Assembly (NCBI RefSeq): GCF_964355755.1
Contig: NC_092678.1
Span: 6,526,422-6,590,421, forward strand
From: Antedon mediterranea
Taxonomy: Eukaryota; Animalia; Echinodermata
Reading direction: 5' to 3'
Length of the DNA stretch: 64,000 nt
Below are positions 36,195 to 49,962 of this stretch, piece by piece. Every line of letters begins with the position of its first letter. Position 1 is the stretch's first letter. The notes under the pieces were generated by a model that was not told the DNA's origin, did not search any database, and worked only from the letters and a program-made list of their open reading frames with translations. Made by a program: the position numbers and the translations under genes.

Positions 36195-36999
36195 AAAGGA
36201 ATGAATAAATCACATTCATTTCCACGACTGTAAACATGACCATAACTTTCCATATAATTTTCTTATTTGGAAAAATACTTGATTAAAAGAGCATTACAAA
36301 TGTAGGTCACAATTTCATGGTATTCATCAGAATTCTAGTATTGCATTTTTAGTTATTATTGCATTAATTTATATATTAAAAAGTTCCATGTCTATTGTGT
36401 GGTATGAAGTGTATACTAATAATTACAGTCATTTCTTTAGATATATGTATTTATTTATTATGTATGTTTCTTTTGTTATGTTTTCAGGTATTATAAAGAA
36501 GCCCATCAACACAATCTTTTGTGTGTAAAATTTGATTAATTTTCTCATCAAATATTATATCTAGTATTTTGGATTAGTTGTCAACATTTTCTTTATGCTT
36601 CTAATTAACATTCATGCTTTTATTAATGTTTAAAAGTTCATTATGATCATTTTTTGCGTGATATTAAGCGCAATTACTTATAATTTAATAACTTTGCTCG
36701 TGATTATATATTTGGATTCAGACAATTCCTTTGTGGTCACAAACAATTTAGAGATCATTAGTTGTTCAAAAGTAGGGAAGAGTTATATTTATCAACGTAA
36801 AAGAGAAGTTATTAGCTTTATTTGAAGGCCGAAGGTCTCCCAACTATAAAACTAATTAAGATAATTAAAAGATGAAAGGAGAAGGTTTTGCCAAGTAGGC
36901 CTACTATAGAAACAGATGAGTCTTGTTGAATTGGTAGTTTAGATGCAGATATTTCACTGATTTGAAACTAAAGTTACTACAAACTAAGTTTTGGCTAAA

Positions 37000-37145
37000 A
37001 GTCTGTCTACACTATGTAACTAATTTGACAAAAAAATTAATTAATATGGTAGTGATAATCCAAGTATGGTAGTGACATGACATCATGTTCATATGGGCAC
37101 ATCATATTTTTTTTTCACATAAAGTTTGATAGTGTAAACAGAGCT
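37000..37145 (+). mobile_element. MITE family B copy
   Basis: ctgtctacactat ... ttgatagtgtaaacagagct-tta. Confidence 0.85.
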
Positions 37146-38844
37146 TTAGAATATGTGTGATGCCATTGAAATAAACAGTGTGTATGATTAATTAAACTTA
37201 CTGATTTGATTACCCAGAATATGTTTGCTAAATAATTGCAAAAACGGTTCAAAGACTGAACTTTTTTTTAAAACGTCATCATTAACAGGGCTGGAAGTCC
37301 TAAAATATAATATAATATATACAAGCAAAAATAAACAGATAACAAGATAACATTTAGATATTACTGACATTAGACAAAACTTTGTGACGGAAACAAGCAA
37401 GCAAATCAAAAAAATATCAACAGATCCATCAACTTTACATAGTGAGTGGTATAACTTAGGCAAACGATTAACAAAACCACTTTTTTAAGTAATATTTACC
37501 CTCCCTCTTGATATAGAAAATATAGCAGGATTATGCAATTGATATTGTGGAACAGAAATAGGAAAGTACACTTCAAAATTACCATGAAAAATTGAGTTCA
37601 TAGCCTTGAAACTGCAGTAATTGCAGTAGGATAATTTGTACACGAGTGAGTTTAGAGAAAACTGTGTAGAATGGGATAACTAGATGTAAATGCACATTGT
37701 GAATCAGTATAGATATTCTCTAAATTTTGAGAGATAAAAAAACAAACTATTTTTGTTGTTTTTATTTTTAAATTTCAGTTTTTTGCAGCTGTCTTGACAT
37801 GAAACATATTACGAAAGGCGGAACATGTCACATTAGATAATTCATTATTTACCGCTTCTTTTATCAATTACATCAGATAATAATAGGTTCGGTTGAAAAA
37901 AACATCTGCAAAATTGTAGGAACAAGAGATGAGAATTGGGTGAATTGATGATCTGGTATTTTGTCTTCCTTTTTATTGTCTCGTAACTTTTAAGCAATAC
38001 GATCTATGTTCACCTTTAAGATATTTATTGTAGGAGGAAGAAATTGCTGGAAGGGATCTATCTATCATGAAAATATAGATATAATAATAATAGATAGTGA
38101 ATCATCCTTTTCAGCCCAAAATGTAGCCTACATTTTAGATTTTTCTCTCTTCAAGATATAAAGTATTCGACAGAATTTATGTTTTCCTTTATATATAGTA
38201 TGTCGGTTAAATTGCATTTGGTTCTTTTTTTCATAATGTTGTTAATTTTCATAATCATTGTAAACTTTATTTATCCGTCATAAAAAATAATAGAAATGTG
38301 TTTTGAATCTGTTATAATTAAAACAATTAGTAATAGCATTTATTGAATTGAACCTAACTTTTTTATTCATTTGTTTAAATAGTTCTTATGATCGTTTACC
38401 ATTACAATTGCCTACATACTATTCTCCTTAACATAATTTCAACATATAAACAACATTTGTTAGTTTTTAATTTTCTCAGTGAATTAACTATAAATTTTAG
38501 TAATAACATTGATTAAAGTAATAAAAGCTAAAAAGTATTACAACTGATTATATTGCTGTATTCTTCATTTAGTTTACTCAATTATCATTGGTCATTATAG
38601 TAACCATGGAAATAAATGTTATTGGTAAAGCACTTAAAATTATTGATTTTGAATGTTTAATATAGGAGCATTTGTGGCGTCTTTTTTAAATATAGGTCAT
38701 ATACTATCTGCACTTTTGAATCGATTGCTTATAATAAGTTGGTATTGCACTTTTTACATTTGTTGATCTTGCTCATAAAGCATTTTTTTAGGTACATATG
38801 GATATTGTTGCCTTAAAACAAATTAATGGGAATATAGCTAGAGA

Positions 38845-39285
38845 AAACTAGAGAAAAGCTAATGTACTTTTACACATCAGTGTATCTTCGATCCAGCAAT
38901 GTACCATGATTGGTACATTGCTGGATGAAAGGCTAGCATGTTTTGTTCTAGCCTAAAAATAAACTAGAGAAAAGCTAAAGTACTTTTACCACATATATTA
39001 CTAGGCAAGTTTAATTTAGATATAATTATCTTGGATCATAGGATGGTCAGCCATGATTGATACATTGCTGGATGAAAGGCTTAGCAAATTAAAGACATTT
39101 GTTTGGGACCCTCTTCCTCCACATATTGATAATAATTGTCAGGTCTGTCCATTGCCTTAGCATGTTACTTCCAGACATCTGAATCTCTGATACTAGTTTG
39201 CCTAAACATTAACATTTATTTGGGATCCTAGGTCCTCCACACATTGATACTGCCTGTTGCTTCCAGACATCTTAATGTCTTATAC
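38845..39285. repeat. Two adjacent diverged local duplications
   Basis: aaactagagaaaagctaa.gtactttta...ccatgattg.tacattgctggatgaaaggct starts at 38845 and 38961. acattt.tttggga.cct...tcctccaca.attgata...cttccagacatct starts at about 39095 and 39212. Confidence 0.8.
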
Positions 39286-41465
39286 ACGTATCCACAATGA
39301 AAATGAATGAGTAAAATTTTTTTCATTCATTATTTCTTTTATATAAACATTTTTTATGATATTCTGAGCACACTTGTGTCTTCTTGTTTGCCTTCATCTA
39401 TTCTCATCCTCCTACTTTTTTATCGTCTTCTCTGTTGTTCTATTTCAAAGTTTATTTTTAACTATTTCATTATTTTCTGTTTCTCAAGATTTTGCTTTGC
39501 TCTTATATCATTAACTGTTTTTATTATCATTGAGCAAAATAAACTTTAATTTGACTGATTAGTAGTGAAGTTACAAGGAATTTGCTTGGGACCGCATCCA
39601 TCTCTGTCTATTTTCTTCTTGTCATATAATATTTACTCAACATCAATATATGATTGATATTGGAAGCTTGCAGCAGGCCATGTGACATTCTTAATTACTG
39701 TGTATACAGCTTACGATTAATTACATTAATTTGAGTGCTTTCAAAGATTAATTTTCAAGACTTTAAAGTAGGTAACAATTAATTATACAGTTGACCTATT
39801 TTACAGGTCACTTGACCTTAGAATGGGTCATATGATGACATCATTGGGTTATAGCTCCATCTATCATTAGAAGTGAAACTAGAAACTTGATCTATTCTTT
39901 TAATTGTGTAATTAAAGGCATTTTAAAGATGTCCCCTAAAATCCTGAAAAATAAATTTTTGTTAAATTTTGCGGTTTTAATGAAGTTGTTTACTTCCATA
40001 GGAAAAAAAACAAAAAATTATGATTTCACAAAATAAACAGGTAAAAACCTGTTATCTGAGACAATTTAACTATTTTTTGCTTTGAATTACAGTGTTTTGA
40101 GAAATTTTGAGACAATATATCTTTAAGTGTAACCAGGTAAAAATGATTTTTTTTTCTATGCATGTTTGATAAATCCGATTCCAGGAATCTTACCTCATGA
40201 AAATGTTACGACATTGATAATGAACTTCTGTGAATCAAACATTCAGTTACTGTACGAGTAAATACTGTTTATATAACATGCAATAGCGATATTACCTGCC
40301 AATACAAACTCTCCTGGTTCTCATTTTAGTTTAGCTCTATCGTAATATTCAAACAAGCCATATTTGGTTTTAAATGATCATAATATACTCATATAAACTA
40401 AGATAAATACAATGTTCTTATGTTTATAAGCCGGCGATCTTAGAGCTGGTTGTTGACGCTCAATCTGATCATGAATCTTAATGAATTCTTTAAGTCGAAA
40501 ACTCGCTGTCGAGCAAATTATTCAAATCGTTGCGGTTGTAGAGTGGATGTTGAGCGGTAACTTCAATGAGTCTTGCATCAAAAACCCAGAGTACTATATG
40601 ACTCATATCGGCTTATATTAGTTGTCAATAACGCTTACTAATGTCAAAATGAAGCATTTATTAAGGATATTATCCACATATTGTGGACATACTTATTTTT
40701 TTCATGTTTAGTAATGTTAGATCTGCCTACAAAAATGGTATGTGGGCTTGATTTTTTTATTGTTTAGTACGGTAGGTAATTAGTAACATTGGTATGTCAG
40801 TGAAGTAGGCCTATAGGCTATATTAAATATAATAGGGATGTCTCTTAAAGTAGTAGTTATATATAAAGGAACATTTTGCTGTGTCTCAAAGGAGTCTGTT
40901 CAATAATTGATTCCACTTACATTGTGGTTTTAACATTTGATAAAATGTTGCATATTAAAAAAAATTAAATACTATAAAAATTTTAATAAATGCATGGTTT
41001 TCTTGTGTTAAAAAATTCTTAATGTTTCTCGAATGTTGTATTTTTGTGTAACTTAAAAAGATGATATTTTTTTCAAAATATCTTAAATTTCATTAATCAA
41101 ATATAAATTGTTACAATATCACAATTTAGGATCAGGTTTGTTGATAGTAGGTTCCACATTAAGAAAATAAAATGTATCCTAGAGGGAAAAAAAATTAAAA
41201 TAATTATTACTAATCGACTACTTGTAATTTAATTCATAGGTTTGAATTCTAACAATAGGTAATTTGTTGAAACTCTTGTACACATTTCAATTTGACTACA
41301 TACAAATGTATTTATATATAAATTAAGACATTGCTGGGTAAAAAGTATTATATCATATACAGAAAAAATTTGAAACGAAAAAAATAAAACGATACAAAAT
41401 GATTTAAAATGACTTTATATTTTTATAAATTATTAAAAGCTTGTTTCGTCTATGCATTATCCAAC

Positions 41466-41540
41466 TTATGTAAAGACTACATCATTTTATGTAAAGACAT
41501 TACATACATTTATGTAAAGACATTACATAAATTATGTATG
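41466..41540. repeat. 22-23-bp tandem repeat, about 3 copies
   Basis: ttatgtaaagac(at)tacat is repeated. Confidence 0.85.
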
Positions 41541-42830
41541 TCCTTATTTGATTCAACATTTGTGTGAAGGCTTTGATAATTAATTAGGTTGATAAAGTCA
41601 TAAAGTAGCAAGACATTAGTAATGGTTGTAAAAGTTTATTGTTTATTAAATAATATCATTTTTATATGTCTGTAATATAGATAGAAACCACATTTCCCGC
41701 AAGGATCTGGTTTTTTATTATTATTTTTTTTTTCAATTTCTAAATTTTTACTTTATAGTTCTAGTTTGTTACCTACTGAACAAGCCTATAAATAAATTCA
41801 AATTTCACTAATGAGTTTTATGAAAAAAATTATTAACCAAATATTAAAAAAACCTGTAAAAAACATTTTCCTTTTCTTTCTATAAGAACTATTAAACATT
41901 CTTGCCCAAAGCTGATGTGAATAATATATATTTTTAGAAACATAATATTTTTCAAACTCATTTATGGTTTTTATTTTCCTATGACATTCACATCTTGCCC
42001 TGTTTCCTTACATCATAATATCGTCAGTACCGGTGTATATGAAAATACTAAAGTAGGTCGACTAAACGACTTACGAATGGCCGAATCAAACCTTTTATGA
42101 GGTTTTAATCCTGGTTTATGTCGCAAACGCCAATATGGAAAGTATAGCGTAGTAGATAAATCAAACAGTTGAATCCTATTTCTGTTACTTTATCTCTCTG
42201 TTTTTTGTATTGAATGCAATGCTATTTGCCCCGAGGCTAGTATTATAGTAGTTTATAATGAACATGAATATACGACAACTGCGTACATTCAATCTTATGT
42301 TTAGAATTGTAATATACATGCATGCCAGGTAAGTTCATATTATCCATATAATTAAGGATCATTTATTTCTTCAGTTCGACGTCAAGATTATTATTATCTT
42401 TACATTTTTTCTTAAAATAATAAATATATATAATTTAAAGGTTTTATAAGCAACCGATAATCTCCAGATTAAGTATTTAAATGTTAGAATTTAACATATT
42501 CAGTTGAGAGGAACGTTGGTAAGCAACCATAACGGTATTCAACTTCTGTCCATTAAATGTTTGGTATTCAGTCTGTAAAACATCCATTGACCCAAATATA
42601 GTTTTGACAGTTGAAATATTTTAATTTGATTGATGATTTTTTAATTACATTTTCATTTATTTGAAATGTACTCACAATTTAAAACAAAATAAGTTATCAT
42701 CATTACCTTCTGTGAACATGGATAATACAAAAATGATTTATATAAAATTACATTAATATTGAATCTAATTATATTTTAAATACTGATTACAGCAAAACCA
42801 GTATTATTCTCATTATATATTTATGATTTT

Positions 42831-42939
42831 AGTTTCTGTCTACACTATCAAACTTTATGTGCCCATATATGGACATGATGATGTTATATCACTGTACTAT
42901 ATTTGAACATATCACTACCATATTTGGGCACATCACATT
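42831..42939 (-). mobile_element. MITE family B partial copy
   Basis: tctgtctacactatcaaactttatgtgcccatatatggacatgatg...atatcactaccatatttgggcacatcaca. Confidence 0.8.
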
Positions 42940-45375
42940 AGAAATCACATTAAACATTTTTCTATCAACAATTAAAAATATTAAATAATCCATTTCATCT
43001 CAATCTCTTTAATCTTTTTCATCTTAGTGATTAAACCTTCCATATACTTTAAATATAAATATATATTCACTTTCATAATGTATTGACTTGGCAATACATA
43101 CATTTTGAATATCATTATGAAACCCTTTGACTTAGAATAATAAATTTGTGTCATTTGTAAAGATACAAATACGAAACGATATAACTCAACAAGACAGGGG
43201 TAAAACAGTATCGAATGTACAGTTAATTTAATTAACTTAACAGAAATATTTTCTTACCTGAATAATGTTTGGAATATTTTCTGCTGGTTTATTTCTATGT
43301 CCTTATTTGTACAGTTTTATTTGTTGTTTCTCTTCGAAATTTGCATTTAAATTAATGATGGGGTTAATCAAATTTACAATATTTATTTGGTACTAGAAAC
43401 TGGTAGGTTTGTTTATAGTTAGTTTGAAACAAATGTATTTAGAATTAAATTGATTTGTTTTGTTATGTTTGTAAGACAATAACCAAATTGTAGAGATGTA
43501 AGATTTTGGTACTTTGTAGTTTAATGTTCATTGACTGAGAAGAAAGTATTGTATTTTAGTCATCTGTTTTTTGTTTATTCAGTTTACAGTACAGTAGACA
43601 AAGGTAGCTAGTGTTGAAATGGACGAACAATAATAGTTGTATAAGCAGAGATCAATATGTTTAGCCAACAATGTTTGTCCTGCCCTGCAGACCTGTTTAT
43701 TTCTTTGAAGTCCTGCGCCAGTTGCTTCCTGCTAATAGTACAGTTTGACCCCAGCCTAGAGTTCATGTCTTTTGTTTACGTTTACGCTATATCTTAAGCA
43801 CTGTGTTGTTGTTATTGTCTTTGGTGTGATTAGGACATATTTTGTAGTCTATTTGTAAGCAGGTGTCTAAATTTTGAACCATGTTGCAAAAGAGCTAGCC
43901 GTCTTAGGTTAATTGTTTGAAAGGGGATAACATTGGCGCGTGGGTCGGCTCTATCCAAGGGTAATCAGCCTAACAGTTTGTTTGTTACTACTTCTAATTC
44001 TAAGATTATTTGGCTATTGTTTCACTCCCTTCAGTTCAATCCAGTCGGCTGTGTTTGTAGTTCAAAGGAGAGGCTAATTAGGGGCCTACACATCTGGAAC
44101 ATTAGTCCCACAATAGGTGTTATGCTAAACCAATAGATTACCTTTATAATAATGTCTCATTCACTATTGTTAACACCTGGCAATAATGGAGCAGTCCAAA
44201 AGAAATCCTCACTTTTGATTGGCTGAATGGCTTGAAGCCAAGTTGACTGATTTTGCATAACTCCCATGGTGCTTGTGTGAGTGTGACTATACTGTCTGGT
44301 GACCAATTTAAACCCATTCATAGTATACTAGTGATTGGTAAAGACTGTTGTATCGACTCTTATACTATTTTAACCACTTGTTATGATAGATTCAACATGA
44401 ACATTTTGTCACTCTGTCATTGAGTAACTTTTTGCTGCAGGCCACAAAGGAAATGATTGGGTTATCACATTTGTTGTAAACATCCCATGAACTTCTCATG
44501 GTCAATTGCAAACGACAAAATCATATTTGTACAAATTAATGATTTTTAATCACAAGATTTGCTGCAGTGTGTGTATCTAATCCTATTGAATATTTGCTTA
44601 ATCTAAAAGACGGATTTTTTTTTATATACAAGAAGAAATTAACAAGATCTCGATTCAAAATGGATGGTATGGATTTTATTATTCTAAATGTAAGTATAAA
44701 GCAAACAAGCTTATTTTTCTGTGATGATCTTCCTCCAAGATTTAGGACCATGATAATGATAATACTATAGTGGTATTCTAACAGCTTCGGTTATAGAGAG
44801 TTAAATTGAATGGAGCTCGAATGTTAAAGATAGCAGGAAAACGGATGTTTAATTGGCTGTAGTCAATGATCTGTGAGTTGAGATAAACTCAGTGTAAATT
44901 AATTTATTTTAATGTAGCACAATTGTTTCACTCTTCATTTGCTTATAACATGAATGAATTCCTTTTAGTGAATAAGATTGTCTCTATATTTAGCATATAG
45001 TGATATATTAATCAATAAAATGGAATACTCTACTGTGTACATATAAGTAGCGTTGATCCTAAATAAATAATATGGAGTCGTATATATATAACTATACAGT
45101 TTTATTGGTATAATAAATTGTTCTGGAGTTAGATTAGAATTAAAAAGGTATAACTAGGTTTGTTTTCTTACCAAACTGGCTGTTTTGTCATTTTTAACTT
45201 GCCTGGTGATTTCAACCATATTATTCGGTCTTTACACAGGCAGCTTACACGTTATTGATCTGCCTTGCCAATAATATGTAGGCAAACTTGTATTGTGTTA
45301 TGTACACCATATACACATCCAATAGGCTAGTTTTATTAGCATCAGTTAATATATGACAGCAAAATGTTGTTTATA

Positions 45376-45738
45376 TATAAGAGAATACGGGCTATTTTTT
45401 CTATATTTTGACAGTTACATGTCACACAACAGCCATGTTCATCTGGGACTTACAACTATCGTTACTGTCAAACCTATTATGGATGTTTTTACATATTTCT
45501 ACATGTACACAATGCTATTTAAAAAAAAATGATATTAAAGTTAAAAACAATGTCACATGTGCTACTGTTTTTAGGATCTTACCTAAGAAACTGTACACAT
45601 TATAAGAGAATACTGGTTATTTTTTCTATATTTTGACAGTTACATGTCACACAACAGCCATGTTCATCTGGGACTTACAACTATCGTTACTGTCAAACCT
45701 AATGGATGTTTTTGCATATTTCTACATGTACACAATGC
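45376..45738. repeat. Direct duplication of about 140 bp at 225-bp offset
   Basis: tataagagaatac...ctacatgtacacaatgc at 45376-45517 and 45601-45738, nearly identical. Confidence 0.95.
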
Positions 45739-47218
45739 CTGATTATTTTTTTTATGACAGGCAATCAGCCTAGCCATAATTTCTTTTTGTTATGATTATT
45801 AATATTTCACCAAGAATATTGCTTCCTTTTTAGATTATATTCCAATATATTTTTACTATGAGAGTAGTTTTGCTTGACGTTTGGTTTTAATGGTTGCCAT
45901 TATTTATAGTCTTTCGATTAATGTAAATTTTTCTAATGTTGCATAAGCTTATCAATTAAATCCATCTGCTGAGCATGACCAAGTGGTTTCCAAACCACTG
46001 ATAATGATTATTATAGATTTTTATTAATATTTTTCATTGCATAGAATATTGAAGTTGATCCATATTTATTTAGTCTGTGGTTGTATAGGCTGATTCTAGT
46101 GTATTGGCTATCATCATTGTAAAAAAACAACCAAATTTTGGCATAAATAAGTCCATGCTACAATTATTAACGTTACATTAATTAATTGCATATTATATGA
46201 TTCTTTTCCATAAAGAGTCAATGTAGCTTCAACTTGCACTTTGTTAGGACCACATCCCCTTTATAAGGATTATACTATATTTCACAAAATGAAAACTAAC
46301 AAACATATTTATGTTATTAGATGGACTATTGAATAGAATCCGATTTACGTATGTTGAAGCAAAATAACGAAAAACAACAAACTCAAAACAGTATCTTTGC
46401 GTACTTAGGAATCAATTACCACAAATGTCAAGTTTATGTATACATTAACCAGTGTTTACGATATTAAATTATATTAAATTCTGTTTACAACATAATGAAT
46501 TAGCAATCGTAAGCCATTAATACAGAAATATATATACTAGTCTTTGTTTGACCTTTCACCTTTAATGTCAACATTAGCTGTCATAATCCCTCGGGTAAAT
46601 ATATGCCAATCATCCGCCAGAGTATAAAGCAAACAGTTTTGAGAAACCAGGTTTCCATGGCACCCGTTTACACGTGACCCAAGAGACCAATTCATCTCTT
46701 ACATAACACAATACATTGCATAATTGATATTTTGCATAAATTAAAATTGTCCTTAAGCACTTAACAAGGACATATAAAAAGAATTTGAATGTTTTTCGTT
46801 TGTGCGTTATGGATCATTTTCTCATCTGCTATTAGTCAACCGCACAGCACACGCTCGTTATTTACTTATACGAGGATTTACGGTTACGACGTAATTGGTT
46901 ATGAAATTTCATAAGATGGTGGAATGAGCATTCTTATGAGACTTGCACAGGATAATGATGTCGTGATGTACTTGAAATTACTTCACATAAGTATCGTTGT
47001 CATCGTTTTGCCTCAATCAACGTCACAGCAACAAACAAGCTTATTATCTTCAAATATATATAGTTTTTAATATAATGTTTGTTTTTTATTTGGTCATTTT
47101 GGTTTTTGATTGGTTTCACTCCTTAAATAGCTTTTTCTTTCTGTCTTATTTGTTTTCTATTTTATTTTAAATTTGTAATGTCAATTAAAAAAACTTTTTG
47201 AAAATGAGATTAATTTCA

Positions 47219-47360
47219 ATAGAACCCTTATTAATTGAACACCTTCAAGACCCAACAAAGTGTCCCCTGAATAGGGGTTGGCTGTAGTGTTAAAACATAT
47301 ATTTCCCATGTTTTTTTTTGTTTTTCCCCTTAATAGGGTTCTTCCAAAGGTGAAGTTCTA
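47219..47360 (-). mobile_element. MITE family A copy
   Basis: agaacccttattaattgaacacc...gtgtcccctgaataggggttggctgtagtgttaaaacatatatttc is the reverse complement of the family A core. Confidence 0.75.
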
Positions 47361-47455
47361 TCTTAAGTTTACTTTATTTTTCTTTAATACAAACATTCCT
47401 GTTTTCTAGCTGGTCCAATGATTCCACTAGTACATGGAACGTTTTAGTAGACTTA

Positions 47456-48108
47456 GACCCCATTTACACTTACGATTTAGGCCGGCCCTGGGTCGGCCCT
47501 GGGTCGGCAATTGATAAGTGTAAATACTCCAAAAAGTTAGGCCGGCCCTGGGCCGGACGCAGATCTGGGCCACCTCTCCAGGTAGGTTCAGGAGCGGCTT
47601 TTACGTTTGGGCCGGCTTACGCAGTGAACCGTGAACAACGTTTGACCTTTTTATGAGGTTGTTGTTATGACGATCCGACATTCTCAGTACATACCGTACC
47701 TTCCTCCTTTCCGGGCGACAATTTGTTTTCTTCATTATATAGTTAAATTTATTTTCAGACATCTTCTTTCAATAAAGTATTCCTCCGCTTGTTTCGCATA
47801 TACATAAAATATAGCCATATTATATATAAAACAGTGGGGTTCATTTTGTTTTTAATGGGACAAAAAACAACAATACAGTATAAATATAAAACGGTCGGTT
47901 CGCGCGGAGAGTTGAATTGACGATCGAGAGAGAAAAATGTAAACAAACTGTACTTCGTATCCCAGCATGCAATGGTACTTCCGATAAAATTATTTACGAC
48001 CAGTAATCTGCGTCGCTAGTGTAAACGCTCTGGGGCCGGCCTAAAAGGTAAATATTTGCAACCGGCCCAGGACCGGCCCTGGACCCAAACGTAAGTGTAA
48101 ATGGGGTC
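47456..48108. mobile_element. PIF/Harbinger-type MITE, 653 bp
   Basis: Perfect 19-bp TIR gaccccatttacacttacg / cgtaagtgtaaatggggtc; TTA at 47453-55 and 48109-11; subterminal ggccggccctgg repeats. Confidence 0.95.
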
Positions 48109-49689
48109 TTAGTTTCCTTTCAATAATTTGCTCAATTGTTTTTATTTTGGTTGCACCACTAACGACAGTGTGTGCCACTGATAAAAAAGTGATGACCAAT
48201 AAATAAATAAATAAATATTCCTTTTAATACTGTACACTTGTAATAGGAATGTGGGTGGTGGTTTATTGAAGGCAGAAAACTTATAAATAGCTTTCAATCT
48301 GGGTGGAAGACTTCGAAGGTGGGTGTTGGTTCCGCCCATTTCCTCCCACCACAATTAAATCCATGTGGTAGTAGTACAGCCATGGAGAAATCAGTTAGGA
48401 CAGCTTACAACTATCTAATCAATTTGATTGTCAATTGTTATTTTTCTTATAGATTTCCATATCTTGTATCCTTCCTGTAACACAATAGAAATGTTAGAGC
48501 TTGTTATTTTGCTGGTACTCTGAACACATGTGCATACCAGGAATCAGAGCTCACGTTCTCATTGTTTGGTCATACCTCAACGGTTAGCTAATTTACACCC
48601 TCCTAGTCCATTTAACAAAGATAAAAAACAATCTAGCAAGACATTGCCCTCCGATGAGCAAGATACATGTTTTACCAGCCCACAAAAGGTGTTTATTTGA
48701 TTTGTGTATCGTCAATCGATTTAGAAAGTCAGAATGGAATACCAAGCCCAGAATAGTTGATAAATTAAGTGGTGTTTTTTGTGTTTGTTCGGCTGGAAGA
48801 TTGAAGGACAGTGGGTGATTGTGATAGAGGACAAGAGAAAAACCAACATTTAAGGAAGCTTGGTGATATTTAAAAGTGCATTAGGTTGAAACTATTTATA
48901 CCGGCTTCCTTATTCCCTTCTAAAGTGCATTCAAAACCAACTGAAACCAAAGAGGTTATAATCACTTGCTTGTCCTTTTCTGATCTATTTAGTGCATCTT
49001 GCTATTCACATCTCAAATAACTTTAATACCAAAACAATTTTTTTTAAATATGATAGAAGAAAAAAGTAAATTTTTGAAGAAATTTACTGGTTCCTTCAAC
49101 GTTTTTACTGTTAATATGCTGTTTGACTTGCATTTTACTTTCATAAATTGTTGTGAGGTGGTTTCCCGAATGATCGTAAAATCAAAACGGTACTGGGTAT
49201 GACCAACTAGCGTTATTGTCACCGGCTAGTCATCCATTCATAGAAGTACTAATGTAGTAGCCTACCTGTACGGTGACCATAGAATGTGACCCGAGGCATG
49301 ACTAACTACGACTTTTAGATGATAGAAAGTTGAGAAAAAATGTTACGAGTAGTTGTACGACATGAAGATGTTTATGAAATTAAGTCAATAATACTAAGTA
49401 TCGTAGATTTTAGGCGATCTTGTCAAAGGTCAAGCGCCATATAGCCTGCCACGTTTCGATATTCAATCGTTTTTACTGTTAATGCATTTTACTTTCATAA
49501 ATTTGCAGATTAAATAAAGTATAGAAACATAGAAATTCTGTGAAAACCTAAGAGAAAACCCAACATTTAAGGAAGCTTGGTGATATTTAGACTTACATTT
49601 TACTTTTCATAAATTTGCAGTAAAACGTAAAAGAAAAATCAATTTATTTATAACATTATAATCTTAAGAAAGAACCTTACAAATCTGTC

Positions 49690-49962
49690 CATGTCCTTCG
49701 AAGCTACTGGCATCAGTCTTATCACTTCTTTTAGTAAAATGTGAAAAATCACCTAGGCTGATTACTTTCCTTAAACTTGTTCAAAGAATAAACTTTATTA
49801 GAGATACTAATAGATACATTTTCTGTGAACTAAGTTAATTTAATCTTTGAATTAACCTTTGTCGTGCTTTGCAAATCAAACCAGTTCAGTACTGTGTCCT
49901 TCAAACTACTGGCGTCAGTTTTTGCATCTTCAAGATCTTTAGTAAAATTTGACAAATTACCT
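49690..49962. repeat. Diverged duplication of about 65 bp at 203-bp offset
   Basis: tgtccttc...ctactggc.tcagt...tttagtaaaat.tga.aaat.acct starts at 49692 and 49895. Confidence 0.7.

Noticed and set aside
36455-36540. Strong polypyrimidine tract plus TTTTCAG acceptor at 36487
   Set aside because: There is no sustained reading frame or consensus donor downstream, and such acceptors are common in AT-rich DNA.
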